DNA of 48,631 nt, from positions 1 through 48,631 of the forward strand of contig URFI01000001.1 of NCBI GenBank assembly GCA_900547085.1, written 5' to 3'. The translations under genes were made by a program, and so were the position numbers. A model generated the notes under the pieces. It was not told the origin of the DNA and did not search any database. It worked only from the letters and a program-made list of their open reading frames with translations. The stretch comes from an uncultured Prevotella sp. GTDB lineage: Bacteria > Bacteroidota > Bacteroidia > Bacteroidales > Bacteroidaceae. Below are positions 48,346-48,631 of the stretch, in pieces. How positions within the stretch are numbered: the first letter of the stretch is position 1; each line of letters opens with the position of its first letter.

Positions 48346-48493
48346 CTATGCCCCAAAGGCATTATAGTACTCATATAAGTGGGCTTAGTAAGCATCCTAT
48401 ATTCGTAGTTTGTGTGAAGAATTTTTCGCAGCTAACCTGCTTGTTGTGCTTTAGATGCGATTCATGTCAGACCGTTAAAAATATGTTGCTCGC

Positions 48494-48581
48494 CAATCTC
48501 AATGATATTGATCCCCAAACTCAATGCTATTGGACATCAAACTCAATGACTTTGGACACTAAACTCAATGCTATTCGATAT
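48494..48581 (+). repeat. 22-bp minisatellite (copy D of the dispersed element; probably continues past the window)
   Basis: CAATCTCAATGATATTGATCCC / CAAACTCAATGCTATTGGACAT / CAAACTCAATGACTTTGGACAC / TAAACTCAATGCTATTCGATAT at 48494, 48516, 48538 and 48560. Confidence 0.85.
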
Positions 48582-48631
48582 CACCCCCAAAACCAATACT
48601 AAAATAGGAAATATAGAATTGAGGTTTTTAG

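Noticed and set aside
48494..48581. Possible CRISPR array (also considered for the other 22-bp and 8-11-bp arrays)
   Set aside because: Units are directly tandem with at most about 5 variable nt, with no 25-45-nt unique spacers and no cas genes in the window.

Overview
Bacteroidales DNA, most like Prevotella/Hoylesella (inferred from TAnnTTTG promoters, SusC/SusD pairs, T9SS porU-porV and Gln-starting mature proteins). In order: (1) the 5' part of a minus-strand cholesterol-dependent-cytolysin-like (CDCL) lipoprotein gene that runs off the left edge and is missing from the ORF track; (2) a LacI-regulated starch/glycogen utilisation locus, with susC-susD-susE/F and a T9SS-type GH13 amylase on the minus strand, and lacI, an MFS transporter, GH77 malQ, GH97, pullulanase and neopullulanase on the plus strand, plus two matching palindromic operators; (3) an orphan SusC/SusD pair; (4) rplM-rpsI-rpsB-tsf; (5) FAH-porU-porV-ispF; (6) an ECF sigma/FecR-controlled Don/Gpd-like N-glycan deglycosylation locus (SusC, SusD, GH18, DUF1735-LamG). 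The intergenic DNA holds two unexplained families of non-coding elements. One is a dispersed element of up to about 500 bp with a hairpin leader, a 22-bp-period palindromic minisatellite and a conserved tail; it occurs four times, and the three copies with a visible downstream gene point towards a promoter. The other is a set of inverted arrays of 8-11-nt tandem repeats with an AGTTRAC core, at four sites, one of which contains a nested 12-copy CTAG array.
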